A stretch of 44,589 nucleotides of DNA from Candidatus Poribacteria bacterium (lineage in GTDB: Bacteria > Poribacteria > WGA-4E > WGA-3G): contig RKRO01000509.1 of assembly GCA_007571355.1 (NCBI GenBank), positions 1 to 44,589 on the forward strand. Reading direction: 5' to 3'. The position numbers and the translations under genes were made by a program. Below the pieces are notes generated by a model. It was not told the origin of the DNA. It saw only the letters and a program-made list of their open reading frames with translations, and made no database searches. Shown in pieces: positions 18,448 through 28,731 of the stretch (positions within the stretch are counted from its first letter, which is position 1; the number at the start of each line of letters is the position of its first letter).

Positions 18448-18654
18448 TTACGCTTCGGATTCTGGTTGTTGGGCGCGCATCTTGAGAACAGTTTTCACAC
18501 GTGCGATATCCTTGCGGAGTTTACCGATGCGTGTCGTGTCTTCTTGCTGCCCTAGGGTGCTTCTGAATCTCTGGTTAAACAAATTTTCCTTCAGTACCTG
18601 GAGTTCGCTTTCCAATTCTTCGGTTGTTTTTCCGCGTAACTCATCCGCTTTCAT
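18448..18654 (-). CDS. rpmC: 50S ribosomal protein L29
   Basis: 68 aa, starting MKADELRGKTTEELESELQVLKENLFNQRF. Confidence 0.94.
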   Translation of the reverse strand: MKADELRGKTTEELESELQVLKENLFNQRFRSTLGQQEDTTRIGKLRKDIARVKTVLKMRAQQPESEA

Positions 18655-18737
18655 GTTTGTGCCTCCTTAAGTGTTTTCAAAACGACTCCAGGGTTTACAC
18701 GGGCGTAATTTCCCCTACATCGGAGCCGCAGATGGAA

Positions 18738-19151
18738 TTATTCATTCCGTGCAACGAACTTAGTTTTGATTGGCAGTTTATGGGCAGCTCGTTCCATCGC
18801 CCCTTTGGCATCTTCAAGCGAAACGCCACTGAGTTCAAAAAGGATTCTCCCTGGTTTAACAACAGCGACCCAATGTTCCGGTGGCCCCTTCTTGCCTTTA
18901 CCCATACGCGTTTCAGCAGGCTGTTTACTCAATGGTTTGTGCGGAAAAATTTTGATCCAGAGTTTTCCGCCGCGACGTACATATCGCGTGATAGCGACAC
19001 GCGAAGACTCAATTTGGTTGCTTGTAATCCAACCGGCTTCCATTGCTTGCAAACCGAATTCGCCGAAGTTGATTTGTGAACCGCGAATTGGTTTTCCGCG
19101 ACGTTTTCCGCGATGCACATAGCGACGCATCACGCGTTTTGGCATTAACAC
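18738..19151 (-). CDS. rplP: 50S ribosomal protein L16
   Basis: 137 aa, starting [19 protein letters not shown]. Confidence 0.95.
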   Translation of the reverse strand: MLMPKRVMRRYVHRGKRRGKPIRGSQINFGEFGLQAMEAGWITSNQIESSRVAITRYVRRGGKLWIKIFPHKPLSKQPAETRMGKGKKGPPEHWVAVVKPGRILFELSGVSLEDAKGAMERAAHKLPIKTKFVARNE

Positions 19152-19172
19152 CTTATAGCTCCTTAAAATCTG

Positions 19173-20003
19173 TTATTGTGACGGTGTATTGTTTCTGGAT
19201 CCCTGGTTACTCTGACGACGCCTCCGTCGACTTCTGCTGCCAGACTGTCGGGAGCGCCCTTCTTGAGGCCCAGAACGTCTGTTGCTGCTACGGCGGCGAT
19301 CAGAACGTTGAGAACCTGTGTCTTCACGCCGTCTCGATTGACGACGATCCGGTGTTCCTCCCTTTAATTCGTCGGGGACCCCTATAACTTCACCTTTGAA
19401 AATCCACGTTTTGACCCCGATTTTACCGTAGGTCGTATTCGCTTCGGTAAAGCCGTAGTCAACATCTGCTCTGAGCGTGTGGAGCGGGACCCGTCCCTCA
19501 ATGCTTGATTCGGTGCGGGCAATCTCCTTGCCGTCTAATCTACCGCTTACCATAATTTTTACACCCAGGGCACCCGCTTGTATTGAACTCGTAATATTCC
19601 GGCGCATGGCCTGTTTAAAACTGGCACGTCGTTCTATTTGTGTCGCGACGGCTTCTGATACAAGTTGGGCATCGAGTTCAGGTGTCTTGATTTCGGAAAC
19701 ATTAATCCGGACAGGGCAGCCTACCTCTTTTTCGAGCAATGCCTGTAGTTTCTCAGCTTCTGCCCCACGGCGCCCAATAACGATGCCGGGGCGTGCTGTA
19801 TGAATATTAATGCTACAACGATCCGCGACACGTTCTACTTCAACGCGCGAAATTCCTGCACGCGCAAGCTGCTCTTTGACGAACTTCTGAATCTTGAAAT
19901 CCTCATGGAGCCACTTCGCGTAATCCCGTTCGCTGTACCACTTTGAATCCCACGTCTTAATGATACCTAAGCGTAATCCACGGGGGTGAGTTTTTTGTCC
20001 CAC
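19173..20003 (-). CDS. rpsC: 30S ribosomal protein S3 with an approximately 60-aa Arg/Ser-rich C-terminal extension
   Basis: 276 aa, starting MGQKTHPRGLRLGIIKTWDSKWY. The tail is DRRQSRRREDTGSQRSDRRRSSNRRSGPQEGRSRQSGSRSRRRRRQSNQGSRNNTPSQ. Confidence 0.95.
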   Translation of the reverse strand: MGQKTHPRGLRLGIIKTWDSKWYSERDYAKWLHEDFKIQKFVKEQLARAGISRVEVERVADRCSINIHTARPGIVIGRRGAEAEKLQALLEKEVGCPVRINVSEIKTPELDAQLVSEAVATQIERRASFKQAMRRNITSSIQAGALGVKIMVSGRLDGKEIARTESSIEGRVPLHTLRADVDYGFTEANTTYGKIGVKTWIFKGEVIGVPDELKGGTPDRRQSRRREDTGSQRSDRRRSSNRRSGPQEGRSRQSGSRSRRRRRQSNQGSRNNTPSQ

Positions 20004-20088
20004 GCAAACCTCCTGTCAAACTTTCATCTGTCCCTTCGTGACGTGGAGGTAAGGGAATTCTATTGGTGCTAAGTAAACGTATACACCT

Positions 20089-20442
20089 TTACTCACCATC
20101 TTCTGTACTCTCCTCGTCAACGACGACGGTAATATGACTGCTCCGTTTTAAAATCCTGTTTGCCATACCCCGCGCTCGGGGACGTATCCATTTCCGCGTA
20201 ACCCCTTCATCGACACGAATTTCTTTGACATATAACCCTGCAATATCAATGTTAGGATCCTGATATTGAGCGTTCGCAGCCGCTGACTGAATCAGCTTGT
20301 AGATGATGGGAGACGCAGCCTTATGTGTAAAACGTAGTTGACTTAATGCGTCTTCAACGTATTGATTACGAACCAGATCGGCTACCAAACGCGCTTTACG
20401 TGGTGCAACCGATGCGTTCCTAATTTTAGATCGGGCTTCCAT
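20089..20442 (-). CDS. rplV: 50S ribosomal protein L22
   Basis: 117 aa, starting MEARSKIRNASVAPRKARLVADLVR. Confidence 0.95.
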   Translation of the reverse strand: MEARSKIRNASVAPRKARLVADLVRNQYVEDALSQLRFTHKAASPIIYKLIQSAAANAQYQDPNIDIAGLYVKEIRVDEGVTRKWIRPRARGMANRILKRSSHITVVVDEESTEDGE

Positions 20443-20580
20443 CAGTATCTCCTAATAAAAGCAAGTTTCTACAGACATATCACCCCTCCGCCTTCCCAGC
20501 AACGGATGGTCCTCTTGGGGTGAGGAAGTGTGTGAAAAATCTTCTTGAACCTTATGAATCTACCATGAACAGACAAAAAA

Positions 20581-20847
20581 TTATCTTGAACCTCCTGCGT
20601 GAGAACGGAAAGTGCGAGTTGGCGAGAACTCTCCGAGTTTATGTCCGACCATATTCTCTGTAATATACACAGGAAAGAATTTTTTTCCATTGTAAATTGC
20701 CAAGGTATGTCCAACCAGCTCAGGTGTAATCGTCGATCGCCGGGACCATGTTCGGATTACCCGTTTCGTACCAGCGTTTTCCATAGCGGCGACCTTCTTG
20801 GCGAGTTTTGGGTCGATATAAGGCCCCTTTTTGATAGAACGTGCCAT
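20581..20847 (-). CDS. rpsS: 30S ribosomal protein S19
   Basis: 88 aa, starting [19 protein letters not shown]. Confidence 0.96.
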   Translation of the reverse strand: MARSIKKGPYIDPKLAKKVAAMENAGTKRVIRTWSRRSTITPELVGHTLAIYNGKKFFPVYITENMVGHKLGEFSPTRTFRSHAGGSR

Positions 20848-20906
20848 TCTGTTTCTCCTCTATCTTATAGACCGTAAACTTTCTTAGCAAGCCAGCCGAG
20901 TCGTAC

Positions 20907-21722
20907 TTATTTTCGTTTACCAAAAATATAGCGGCTCGATTTCTTTTTCGGATTTCGGGTTTTATAGCCTTTGGTCGGAACACCCCAAGGTGTAACTGGG
21001 TGTCTACCGCCCGAACTCTTGCCTTCACCTCCGCCGTGGGGGTGGTCAATCGGGTTCATCGCAACGCCTCTCACCTTCGGGCGTTTACCAAGCCATCTTG
21101 AGCGTCCGGCTTTACCAATAACTATCTGACTGACATTGCCAACCTGACCGAGCGTTGCCATTGCCTGTACAGGGACAAGTCGAATTTCTCCAGAGGGCAA
21201 GCGGATACGCGCATATTTTCCTTCACGGTCAACCAATTGCGCAGCAGTACCAGCACTGCGGACGAGTTGTCCGCCTTTACCTGGCTTCATCTCAATATTG
21301 TGGATCGAAGAACCGAGCGGTATTCTTTCGAGCGGTAAGGCGTTGCCAACGCGAATTTCAGCGTCAGCACCGGAACTCAGCATATCACCGACCTGAATAC
21401 CGACGGGTGCCAGGATATAACGTTTCTCACCATCGACATAGTGGAGCAGCGCGATGTGTGCTGAACGGTTCGGATCATATTCAATTGAAGCAACTTTCGC
21501 GGGAATGCCAAATTTATCCCGCTTAAAGTCAATGACACGATAGCGGCGTTTGTGACCACCGCCGCGCCGCCTGACCGTCAAACGCCCCTTCGAATTCCGA
21601 CCAGCGTTCTGTTTGCTCCCTTTAACAAGAGATTTTTCCGGTTTACTCCGTGTAATCTCTTCAAAGGTATACCCTGTCATGAAACGACGACTTGGGGTTA
21701 CAGGTGAATATGTTTTAGGCAC
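20907..21722 (-). CDS. rplB: 50S ribosomal protein L2
   Basis: 271 aa. Contains [26 protein letters not shown]. Confidence 0.96.
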   Translation of the reverse strand: MPKTYSPVTPSRRFMTGYTFEEITRSKPEKSLVKGSKQNAGRNSKGRLTVRRRGGGHKRRYRVIDFKRDKFGIPAKVASIEYDPNRSAHIALLHYVDGEKRYILAPVGIQVGDMLSSGADAEIRVGNALPLERIPLGSSIHNIEMKPGKGGQLVRSAGTAAQLVDREGKYARIRLPSGEIRLVPVQAMATLGQVGNVSQIVIGKAGRSRWLGKRPKVRGVAMNPIDHPHGGGEGKSSGGRHPVTPWGVPTKGYKTRNPKKKSSRYIFGKRK

Positions 21723-21856
21723 TTTAATTTCCTTTTTTAGTAGCCATCAGCGGCCAGGGGCGGTTTTTAGTAGAAAAACCCCTTCAGTTCTACTATGGAT
21801 ACTTCCACAAGAGAGCGGAATTTCACAAGGTATTAATTGACTGCTGACTGTTATTC

Positions 21857-22156
21857 CTATATAGTGTCAAACTCTTGGATGGTTGCGCCTTCTCTTAAGG
21901 TAATAATTGCTTTCTTCCAATGTGGTTTTCTGCCGCGCTGATAACGCAGCATTTTCCCTTTTGGTTTGCCACGGACGTGCATTGTACGCACCTTGAGAAT
22001 ATCACCTTGGATGTCAAACAATTCTTCCACTGCGCGCCGAATCTGTGGTTTCGTTGCCTTGCGATTAACGACAAACGCGTATTTGTTATCTTCACGAAGG
22101 ATTGTGCTCTTCTCCGTAATTAACGGTTGTAGAATAATCTGATATGCGTCTTTCAT
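21857..22156 (-). CDS. rplW: 50S ribosomal protein L23
   Basis: 99 aa. Contains ILQPLITEKSTILRE. Confidence 0.94.
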   Translation of the reverse strand: MKDAYQIILQPLITEKSTILREDNKYAFVVNRKATKPQIRRAVEELFDIQGDILKVRTMHVRGKPKGKMLRYQRGRKPHWKKAIITLREGATIQEFDTI

Positions 22157-22809
22157 CAGTCTTGTCCTTCCGCCTCTGAACCGGTGTTAACGAACTTGGC
22201 TTCGAGTTTATCAGCAGCTTTCTCGGTGATTATCAGGGTATCATGCCACATAATCTGATAGACATTAAGCGTATTCCATGTGCAGCTATGAACTTTCGGA
22301 ATATTGCGTACAGAAAGATGGATGTTTGGACTATGTTCATCAAGAATGATCAACACCTTTCCATCAACGTTCAATGCCTTTAATATGTTGATTATATCTT
22401 TCGTCCGTGGGCGTTCAAGCGTGAAATCTTCAATGAGAAGGCACTGCTGATTCTGGAATCTATCAGCGAGTGCACTATGGAGTCCCAGGCGTCGTACCCT
22501 TTTCGGGGTTGCCTGTCGATAGCTACGCGGTTTGGGTCCGAATGCTACACCGCCGTGAACTCGATTTGGTGCCTTACCATCTCCAACACGGGCCCTGCCA
22601 GTCCCCTTCTGACGATAAAGTTTTTTTCCACTGCCTCTCACTTCACTTCGAGACTTCGTAGATGCGTCTCCTTGCCGCTGATTCGCGAGATAGGCAACAA
22701 CACATTGGTGAATCACGGGACCATTGACCTCAACATCGGTGAATGCCTCGGATAATTCCTTTTGGTGAAGAACCTTTCCTGACTTGTTGTGTACGTCTAA
22801 GGTTGACAT
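22156..22809 (-). CDS. rplD: 50S ribosomal protein L4
   Basis: Contains QRQGDASTKSRSEVRGSGKKLYRQKGTGRAR. I preferred ATG 22809 (MSTLDVHNKSGK) to the upstream GTG 22836, but the start is uncertain. The stop overlaps the rplW start by 1 nt. Confidence 0.9.
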   Translation of the reverse strand: MSTLDVHNKSGKVLHQKELSEAFTDVEVNGPVIHQCVVAYLANQRQGDASTKSRSEVRGSGKKLYRQKGTGRARVGDGKAPNRVHGGVAFGPKPRSYRQATPKRVRRLGLHSALADRFQNQQCLLIEDFTLERPRTKDIINILKALNVDGKVLIILDEHSPNIHLSVRNIPKVHSCTWNTLNVYQIMWHDTLIITEKAADKLEAKFVNTGSEAEGQD

Positions 22810-22858
22810 ATTTGTCTGCTCGTATTGTTTTGGCACTCGTTCAATGACGCTTGCCTGT

Positions 22859-23500
22859 TTATGATTTCGGTGTCTTCGCTGCTTTTCTGATCAGAAGCAA
22901 GCCATTAGGGGGGCCAGGAATCGCGCCTTTTACGACCAATAAATTCCGCTCGGGATCGGCTTGCACCACGAACAAATTTTGAACGGTGTGCCGTTTGGCC
23001 CCGTGCCGTCCAGCCATCCGTTTGCCTTTAAAGACGCGCGACGGTGTCGCACTTGCACCGATGGAACCGGGACGTCGGAGGTCCTGTTCGCCGCCGTGGC
23101 TTTTCTTACCACCGGAAAAGTTCCAACGTCTGACAACACCAGAGAAACCCCGCCCCTTTGAGGTCCCTGTCACATCAACGCGTTCACCTTCCGAAAATAC
23201 ACTTGCATCTACAATGTTCCCGACAGCTACATCGTCAAGACTCTGGACACGAAATTCGCGAAGCACAAAGGATGAATCAACACCGGCTTTTGCTAAATGC
23301 CCACGTTTGGGGTTATTCATGCGGCTCTCTTTCTGTTTACCGAAACCCAACTGAACAGCTTGATACCCATCTTTCTCTTGCGTTTTGAGTTGGACAATTG
23401 GGCACGGGCCTGCTTCAATGACGGTAACAGGCACCGCTTCTCCTGAATCTTCAAAGATTTGTGTCATGCCGACTTTACGGCCAATAATTCCAGTAACCAT
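22859..23500 (-). CDS. rplC: 50S ribosomal protein L3
   Basis: 213 aa, starting [16 protein letters not shown]. Confidence 0.96.
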   Translation of the reverse strand: MVTGIIGRKVGMTQIFEDSGEAVPVTVIEAGPCPIVQLKTQEKDGYQAVQLGFGKQKESRMNNPKRGHLAKAGVDSSFVLREFRVQSLDDVAVGNIVDASVFSEGERVDVTGTSKGRGFSGVVRRWNFSGGKKSHGGEQDLRRPGSIGASATPSRVFKGKRMAGRHGAKRHTVQNLFVVQADPERNLLVVKGAIPGPPNGLLLIRKAAKTPKS

Positions 23501-23608
23501 TTTTTTCGCTCTCCTCCTTTAGTACCCAGAAACCAGAGGGTAGTTTACATATGCACACGCACCACGTGATTTCCAAACCTCCGGAGTGGAGAACAATCAT
23601 CTCTCCGC

Positions 23609-23920
23609 CTACAATAGTGTGATTTTGACATCGACACCTGCAGGCAGATCCAAACGCATCAATGCATCAACCGTTTTAGGCGTAGTCTCTAAGATATCCA
23701 ACAACCGTTTATGAATACGCATCTCAAATTGTTCACGCGATTTCTTGTCTGTAAAAGTTGAACGTTGAACGGTATAGATGTGCTTTTTTGTCGGCAATGG
23801 GATTGGACCGGAGACAACTGCGCCTGTCCCTTTCGCTGTATCTGCTATCTGCTTTGACGAGTGGTCTAACAACCGATAGTCAAATGCTTTGAGTCGAATG
23901 CGAATTTTTTGATTGTCCAT
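23609..23920 (-). CDS. rpsJ: 30S ribosomal protein S10
   Basis: 103 aa, starting [19 protein letters not shown]. Confidence 0.96.
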   Translation of the reverse strand: MDNQKIRIRLKAFDYRLLDHSSKQIADTAKGTGAVVSGPIPLPTKKHIYTVQRSTFTDKKSREQFEMRIHKRLLDILETTPKTVDALMRLDLPAGVDVKITLL

Positions 23921-24036
23921 TTTTTCATATCGCCTTCACCCAACAGAGGGCGTGATCAATAGACATTTCAGAGCATGCCCTTACGCTTCTGTTTTGGTGT
24001 TCTTAGGAAGGCGGGGTTTACACCCCACCTAGTCTT

Positions 24037-25236
24037 TTATTCGAGAATTTTGGAGACAACACCGGCCCCGATAGTTTGTCCGCCTTCTCGGATAGCGAAT
24101 CGGAGTTGTTCTTCCATCGCGATTGGTTTCGACAATTCGACGGTAATCTGTGCGTTGTCGCCGGGCATAATCATTTCGATGCCTTCAGGGAGATCCATCT
24201 TACCGGTTACGTCAGTCGTCCGGAAATAGAACTGCGGTCTATACCCGCTAAAGAATGGGTTCCAGCGTCCACCTTCTTCTTTCGTCAGGATATACGCTTC
24301 GGCTTCAAATTTTGTATGGGGCGTAACGCTATTGGGTACCGCCAAAACCTGTCCGCGTTCAACATCGTCACGTTCAATACCACGGAGCAGCGCGCCGAGG
24401 TTGTCGCCTGCGCGTCCTTCATCGAGGTTCTTATGGAACATTTCGACTCCTGTGATAACGCTGCTTTGTGTTTCACGGAGTCCCACGATTTCAACGGGGT
24501 CTCCGACATTGATGACCCCGCGTTCAACGCGACCTGTAGCAACCGTGCCACGTCCGCTGATGGTGAAGGTGTCTTCAATGGACATCAGGAAGGGTCTATC
24601 TGTGTCACGGACGGGTTCAGGTATATAGTCATCAACAGCCGCCATCAGTTCAAGGATCGGTTGACAGGCTTCGTTTGTCGGATCTCCATCGGCTTCCATA
24701 GCTTCAAGGGCAGAACCTATAACAATCGGAATGTCGTCACCCGGGAACTCATAATCGCTGAGTAATTCGCGAACTTCGAGTTCAACGAGTTCAAGTAATT
24801 CTTCGTCATCAACCATATCGGCTTTATTGAGAAAGACAACAAGAGAGGGTACATTCACCTGCCGCGCGAGAAGGACGTGCTCACGCGTCTGCGGCATGGG
24901 ACCATCGGCTGCGGATACGACGAGAATCGCGCCGTCCATTTGTGCTGCACCGGTAATCATATTCTTGATATAGTCGGCGTGTCCAGGGCAATCCACGTGT
25001 GCATAGTGCCGATTTTCAGTTTCATACTCTACGTGTGCAGTATTGATAGTAATGCCACGTTCTTTTTCTTCGGGTGCCTTGTCAATGTCCTCGTACTTCT
25101 GGACGTAGTCTGCATCGGCAAGTTTAGACAGCACCATGGTAATCGCTGCCGTCAACGTGGTTTTACCGTGGTCAACGTGACCGATCGTCCCAATATTAAC
25201 GTGTGGCTTAGTCCTTTCAAACGTTTGCTTAGCCAT
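24037..25236 (-). CDS. tuf: elongation factor Tu
   Basis: 399 aa. Contains [18 protein letters not shown] and NKADMV. Confidence 0.98.
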   Translation of the reverse strand: MAKQTFERTKPHVNIGTIGHVDHGKTTLTAAITMVLSKLADADYVQKYEDIDKAPEEKERGITINTAHVEYETENRHYAHVDCPGHADYIKNMITGAAQMDGAILVVSAADGPMPQTREHVLLARQVNVPSLVVFLNKADMVDDEELLELVELEVRELLSDYEFPGDDIPIVIGSALEAMEADGDPTNEACQPILELMAAVDDYIPEPVRDTDRPFLMSIEDTFTISGRGTVATGRVERGVINVGDPVEIVGLRETQSSVITGVEMFHKNLDEGRAGDNLGALLRGIERDDVERGQVLAVPNSVTPHTKFEAEAYILTKEEGGRWNPFFSGYRPQFYFRTTDVTGKMDLPEGIEMIMPGDNAQITVELSKPIAMEEQLRFAIREGGQTIGAGVVSKILE

Positions 25237-25424
25237 TTTTATCCGAGCTCCAGTAAAAGAGTATTATTTTTTGGATAAGCACGCTTTTACCAAACTGTGC
25301 TTACCCCTTTCTGTCCGATGTCCCAACGTTTTCGCGTAGGGTATCACCTTTTACCTAAATCTTATGTCCGCTTATGGAAAGTTGAGGACTCCCACAGTTC
25401 GGACACTTCACAACTATTTAACAA

Positions 25425-27548
25425 TTACGTATTATGATTCGTTGATGAAACGATGTCCTCCATTACGTTTGTGGGGACTTCGTTGTAATGTGCAAACTCC
25501 ATAGTGTAGTTTGCCCTACCTTGTGTAAGTGATCTAAGGGTTTTGACGTACCCAAACATCTCTGAGAGGGGGACATCAACCCGGATAACTTGAATTCGAG
25601 ATTTCGCCTGCATTTCTGTTTCACGTATCTGTGCACGACGCGCATTCAAATCGCCAATAACTTTACCGAGGTATTCGTCTGGGACGATCACCTCAACTTT
25701 CATAATTGGCTCAAGCAATAATGGGGTCGCACGTTTCAAGGCATCTTTGAACGCCATTGACCCTGCAATGGAGAACGCCATTTCTGATGAATCCACTGCA
25801 TGGTATGAACCATCAACCAACTTCACTGCGACATCAACGACCGGGTAGCCGGCAAGAATCCCAACGTTCATAGCGTTTTCAATGCCTTTTTTCACTGCCG
25901 GGATGTATTCTTGAGGAATTACGCCACCTTTGATTTCGTCGATGAATTCAAAACCACTCCCTTTTTCAAGCGGTTCAACTTCAATCACAACGTGACCAAA
26001 TTGACCTCTACCCCCTGATTGACGTACAAATCTTGCTTCAGCATTGACAGGCTTGCGGACAGTTTCTCGATAGGCAACTTCCGGGTTACCTACATTCGCT
26101 GAGACATTAAACTCGCGCACGAGTCTATCAACGATAATTTCAAGGTGAAGTTCACCCATACCTGACAATAAGGTTTGTCCGGTCTCAGGATCCTGATGAA
26201 CTTTAAAGGTTGGGTCTTCTTCAGCGAGTTTAGAGAGGGCGAGGTTAAGTTTGTCGATATCGGATTGCGTACGGGGTTCAATTGCAATGGACATTACTGG
26301 AAGCGGGAACACCATGTTTTCTAAAGTGATATGCGCCTTCGGATCACAAAGTGTGTCCCCCGTTGAGAGGTTTTTTAAACCGATTGCAGCAGCAATATCG
26401 CCAGCGTAAACAGCTTGTATCTCTTCCCGCTTGTTGGCGTGCATCTGCATCAAGCGGCCTATCCGTTCGTGCTTTCTCGTTTTGGTATTGTAGAGCGTAT
26501 CGCCTTTTTTAAGTACACCGGAGTAGACCCGTAAATAGGTGAGTTTACCAACGTGCGGATCTGTCATAATCTTGAACGCTAACGCACAGAACGGTTCGTT
26601 CTCGTTCGGATGGCGAGTGATCTCTTTTTCTGTTTTCGGGTCAGTTCCAACGATTGGGGGCACGTCTGTCGGTGCAGGTAGATAAGAGACGATTCCATCT
26701 AAGAGCGGTTGGACACCTTTATTCTTTAGAGCGGTACCGCAGAGAACAGGTACAATATTACCAGCGACCACGGCGTTGCGGATTCCTGTTTTAATTTCTT
26801 CGGGCGAAATTTCGACACCGTCTAAGTATTTTAGCAAGAGGCCTTCATCGCAATCGGCGATAGCCTCTAACATCTGATCGCGATATTCGTGTGCCATATC
26901 CTGCATCTCTTCTGGGATGTCTGTCTCTTGGATAACGGTGCCATCGTTGCCAGCATTTGTGCCAATGTTCCAAATTTGACCTTTCATAGAGATGAGGTCT
27001 ACAATCCCTGTGAATTGTTCTGCTGAACCGATTGGCAGCTGCACTGGAATTGCGTTGGCACCGAGCCGCCCTTCCATCATTTCGACAGTGCGGAAGAAGT
27101 CAGCACCGGTTCTATCCATTTTATTAACGAATGCGATCCGAGGGATTTCGTATTTATCTGCTTGCCGCCATACGGTTTCGGATTGTGGTTCAACACCGCC
27201 GACAGCGCAGAAAACAGCGACTGCACCGTCAAGCACGCGAAGTGAACGTTCAACTTCTACGGTAAAATCAATATGCCCCGGTGTATCAATAATGTTTATG
27301 TGATGTTTTTTCCAGTGACATGTCGTTGCGGCACTTGTAATCGTGATACCGCGCTCTTGCTCTTGAACCATCCAGTCCATAGCAGTTGTACCATCATCTA
27401 CATCACCGATTCGATAGAGTCTACCGGTATAATACAAAATGCGTTCAGTTACGGTAGTCTTGCCGGCATCGATGTGTGCCATGATACCGATATTTCGCAT
27501 GTGGGGCAGTGCTAAGCGTTGTGGAATGCTATTTTTCGTATCTGCCAC
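25425..27548 (-). CDS. fusA: elongation factor G
   Basis: Contains [20 protein letters not shown] and NKMDR. I placed the start at GTG 27548 (AAGGAG 10 nt upstream), giving 707 aa. The ORF-track extension to 27815 would overlap rpsG and was rejected. Confidence 0.95.
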   Translation of the reverse strand: MADTKNSIPQRLALPHMRNIGIMAHIDAGKTTVTERILYYTGRLYRIGDVDDGTTAMDWMVQEQERGITITSAATTCHWKKHHINIIDTPGHIDFTVEVERSLRVLDGAVAVFCAVGGVEPQSETVWRQADKYEIPRIAFVNKMDRTGADFFRTVEMMEGRLGANAIPVQLPIGSAEQFTGIVDLISMKGQIWNIGTNAGNDGTVIQETDIPEEMQDMAHEYRDQMLEAIADCDEGLLLKYLDGVEISPEEIKTGIRNAVVAGNIVPVLCGTALKNKGVQPLLDGIVSYLPAPTDVPPIVGTDPKTEKEITRHPNENEPFCALAFKIMTDPHVGKLTYLRVYSGVLKKGDTLYNTKTRKHERIGRLMQMHANKREEIQAVYAGDIAAAIGLKNLSTGDTLCDPKAHITLENMVFPLPVMSIAIEPRTQSDIDKLNLALSKLAEEDPTFKVHQDPETGQTLLSGMGELHLEIIVDRLVREFNVSANVGNPEVAYRETVRKPVNAEARFVRQSGGRGQFGHVVIEVEPLEKGSGFEFIDEIKGGVIPQEYIPAVKKGIENAMNVGILAGYPVVDVAVKLVDGSYHAVDSSEMAFSIAGSMAFKDALKRATPLLLEPIMKVEVIVPDEYLGKVIGDLNARRAQIRETEMQAKSRIQVIRVDVPLSEMFGYVKTLRSLTQGRANYTMEFAHYNEVPTNVMEDIVSSTNHNT

Positions 27549-27612
27549 GGTTGAACGACTCCTTTTTAATTTTACGGATGTATATATTTCGGCGGGAACC
27601 GCACCTACACTT

Positions 27613-28083
27613 TTACCAACGATAATGCGCAAAAGCGCGGTTGGCTTCCGCCATTCGATGTTGTTCCTGTTTTCTACGGATCGCGCCACCTTCGTTACGC
27701 GACGCTTCAAGTATTTCACCGGCAAGGCGTTCTGCCATACGTCTTTCACCCCGCGCACGAGCGGATTGAATAATCCACGTGAAAGCCAAACGTTGTTTCC
27801 GTTCAGCCTTGACATCTACGGGAACTTGATAGGTCTGGCTACCTACACGGCGAGGCCGAATTTCCAGCACCGGTTTTACATTATTAATCGCTTGACGGAA
27901 CACGGTGAAACCTTCTTCATTCGTTCGGTCTTCAATGATCTTGAAACTTTCATACAAGATGGCTTGGGCGGTACTCTTCTTACCATCCAACATGAGGTTG
28001 TTGATAAATTTTGATACCAGTTTACTGTTATAAGTTGCATCAGGACTGACATCCCGTTTACTAATGTTTCCACGCCTCGGCAT
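27613..28083 (-). CDS. rpsG: 30S ribosomal protein S7
   Basis: 156 aa, starting [15 protein letters not shown]. Confidence 0.96.
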   Translation of the reverse strand: MPRRGNISKRDVSPDATYNSKLVSKFINNLMLDGKKSTAQAILYESFKIIEDRTNEEGFTVFRQAINNVKPVLEIRPRRVGSQTYQVPVDVKAERKQRLAFTWIIQSARARGERRMAERLAGEILEASRNEGGAIRRKQEQHRMAEANRAFAHYRW

Positions 28084-28100
28084 CGGGCATTCCTCCGTAA

Positions 28101-28472
28101 TTATTCAGGTTTCCGTGCACCGTACTTTGAACGACCTTGACGGCGATTCTCAACACCTGCTGTATCCAACTGTCCACGGACAATATGATAACGCACGTTT
28201 GAGAGATCCTTCACTCTGCCACCGCGAACCAAAACGACCGAGTGTTCTTGAAGATTGTGATCAATACCCGGAATATAACATGTAGCTTCGTAGCCGGTAG
28301 TGAAACGCACACGGGCAACTTTACGCAGTGCCGAATTCGGTTTTTTCGGCGTAATCGTTTTTACTTGTAGACAGATGCCGCGCCGCTGCGGACACTGTTC
28401 CAGCACCGGTGATTTCGTTTTCTTCCGCGATCTCTTGCGCGGTTTTTTTATTAACTGATTAATCGTTGGCAT
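28101..28472 (-). CDS. rpsL: 30S ribosomal protein S12
   Basis: 123 aa. Starts [13 protein letters not shown] and contains [16 protein letters not shown]. Confidence 0.97.
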   Translation of the reverse strand: MPTINQLIKKPRKRSRKKTKSPVLEQCPQRRGICLQVKTITPKKPNSALRKVARVRFTTGYEATCYIPGIDHNLQEHSVVLVRGGRVKDLSNVRYHIVRGQLDTAGVENRRQGRSKYGARKPE

Positions 28473-28517
28473 TTCGTACCTCCGGGGTAAAATCTCTATA
28501 TAAGGGGTTCCAACATT

Positions 28518-28537
28518 AAAAAAGCCCCGCGCGGGGC
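28518..28537 (-). terminator. intrinsic-terminator-like hairpin with U6, located between the str promoter and rpsL
   Basis: The minus strand reads GCCCCGCGCGGGGC followed by TTTTTT. It lies 46 nt upstream of the rpsL ATG and about 120 nt downstream of the -10 box. Confidence 0.6.
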
Positions 28538-28655
28538 ATCACAACTTCATCTGAACAAACAAATTAACGTGAGATGTACGTAACAACGTTAGAATGTTTT
28601 CCGATAGTCGCCCCTTTCTCCCAAAAAAAGATTTAGTAGGGTTTCCAAAGTAAAT

Positions 28656-28684
28656 ATTATACACTGTGAAAGTCCGTTTGTCAA
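28656..28684 (-). promoter_or_regulatory. perfect consensus sigma-70 promoter (TTGACA-17-TATAAT) upstream of rpsL
   Basis: On the minus strand, TTGACA is at 28684..28679, the 17-nt spacer is AACGGACTTTCACAGTG, and TATAAT is at 28661..28656. Confidence 0.65.
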
Positions 28685-28731
28685 ATTTTTCAGGAAAAAA
28701 TGCAAAAAACACCAAAATTTTACTAAGTTTC

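Noticed and set aside
27549-27815. The 89-codon N-terminal extension of the fusA ORF in the track (start at 27815).
   Set aside because: It overlaps the rpsG coding sequence by about 200 nt and has no EF-G similarity. GTG 27548, with AAGGAG upstream, gives a normal 707-aa EF-G.
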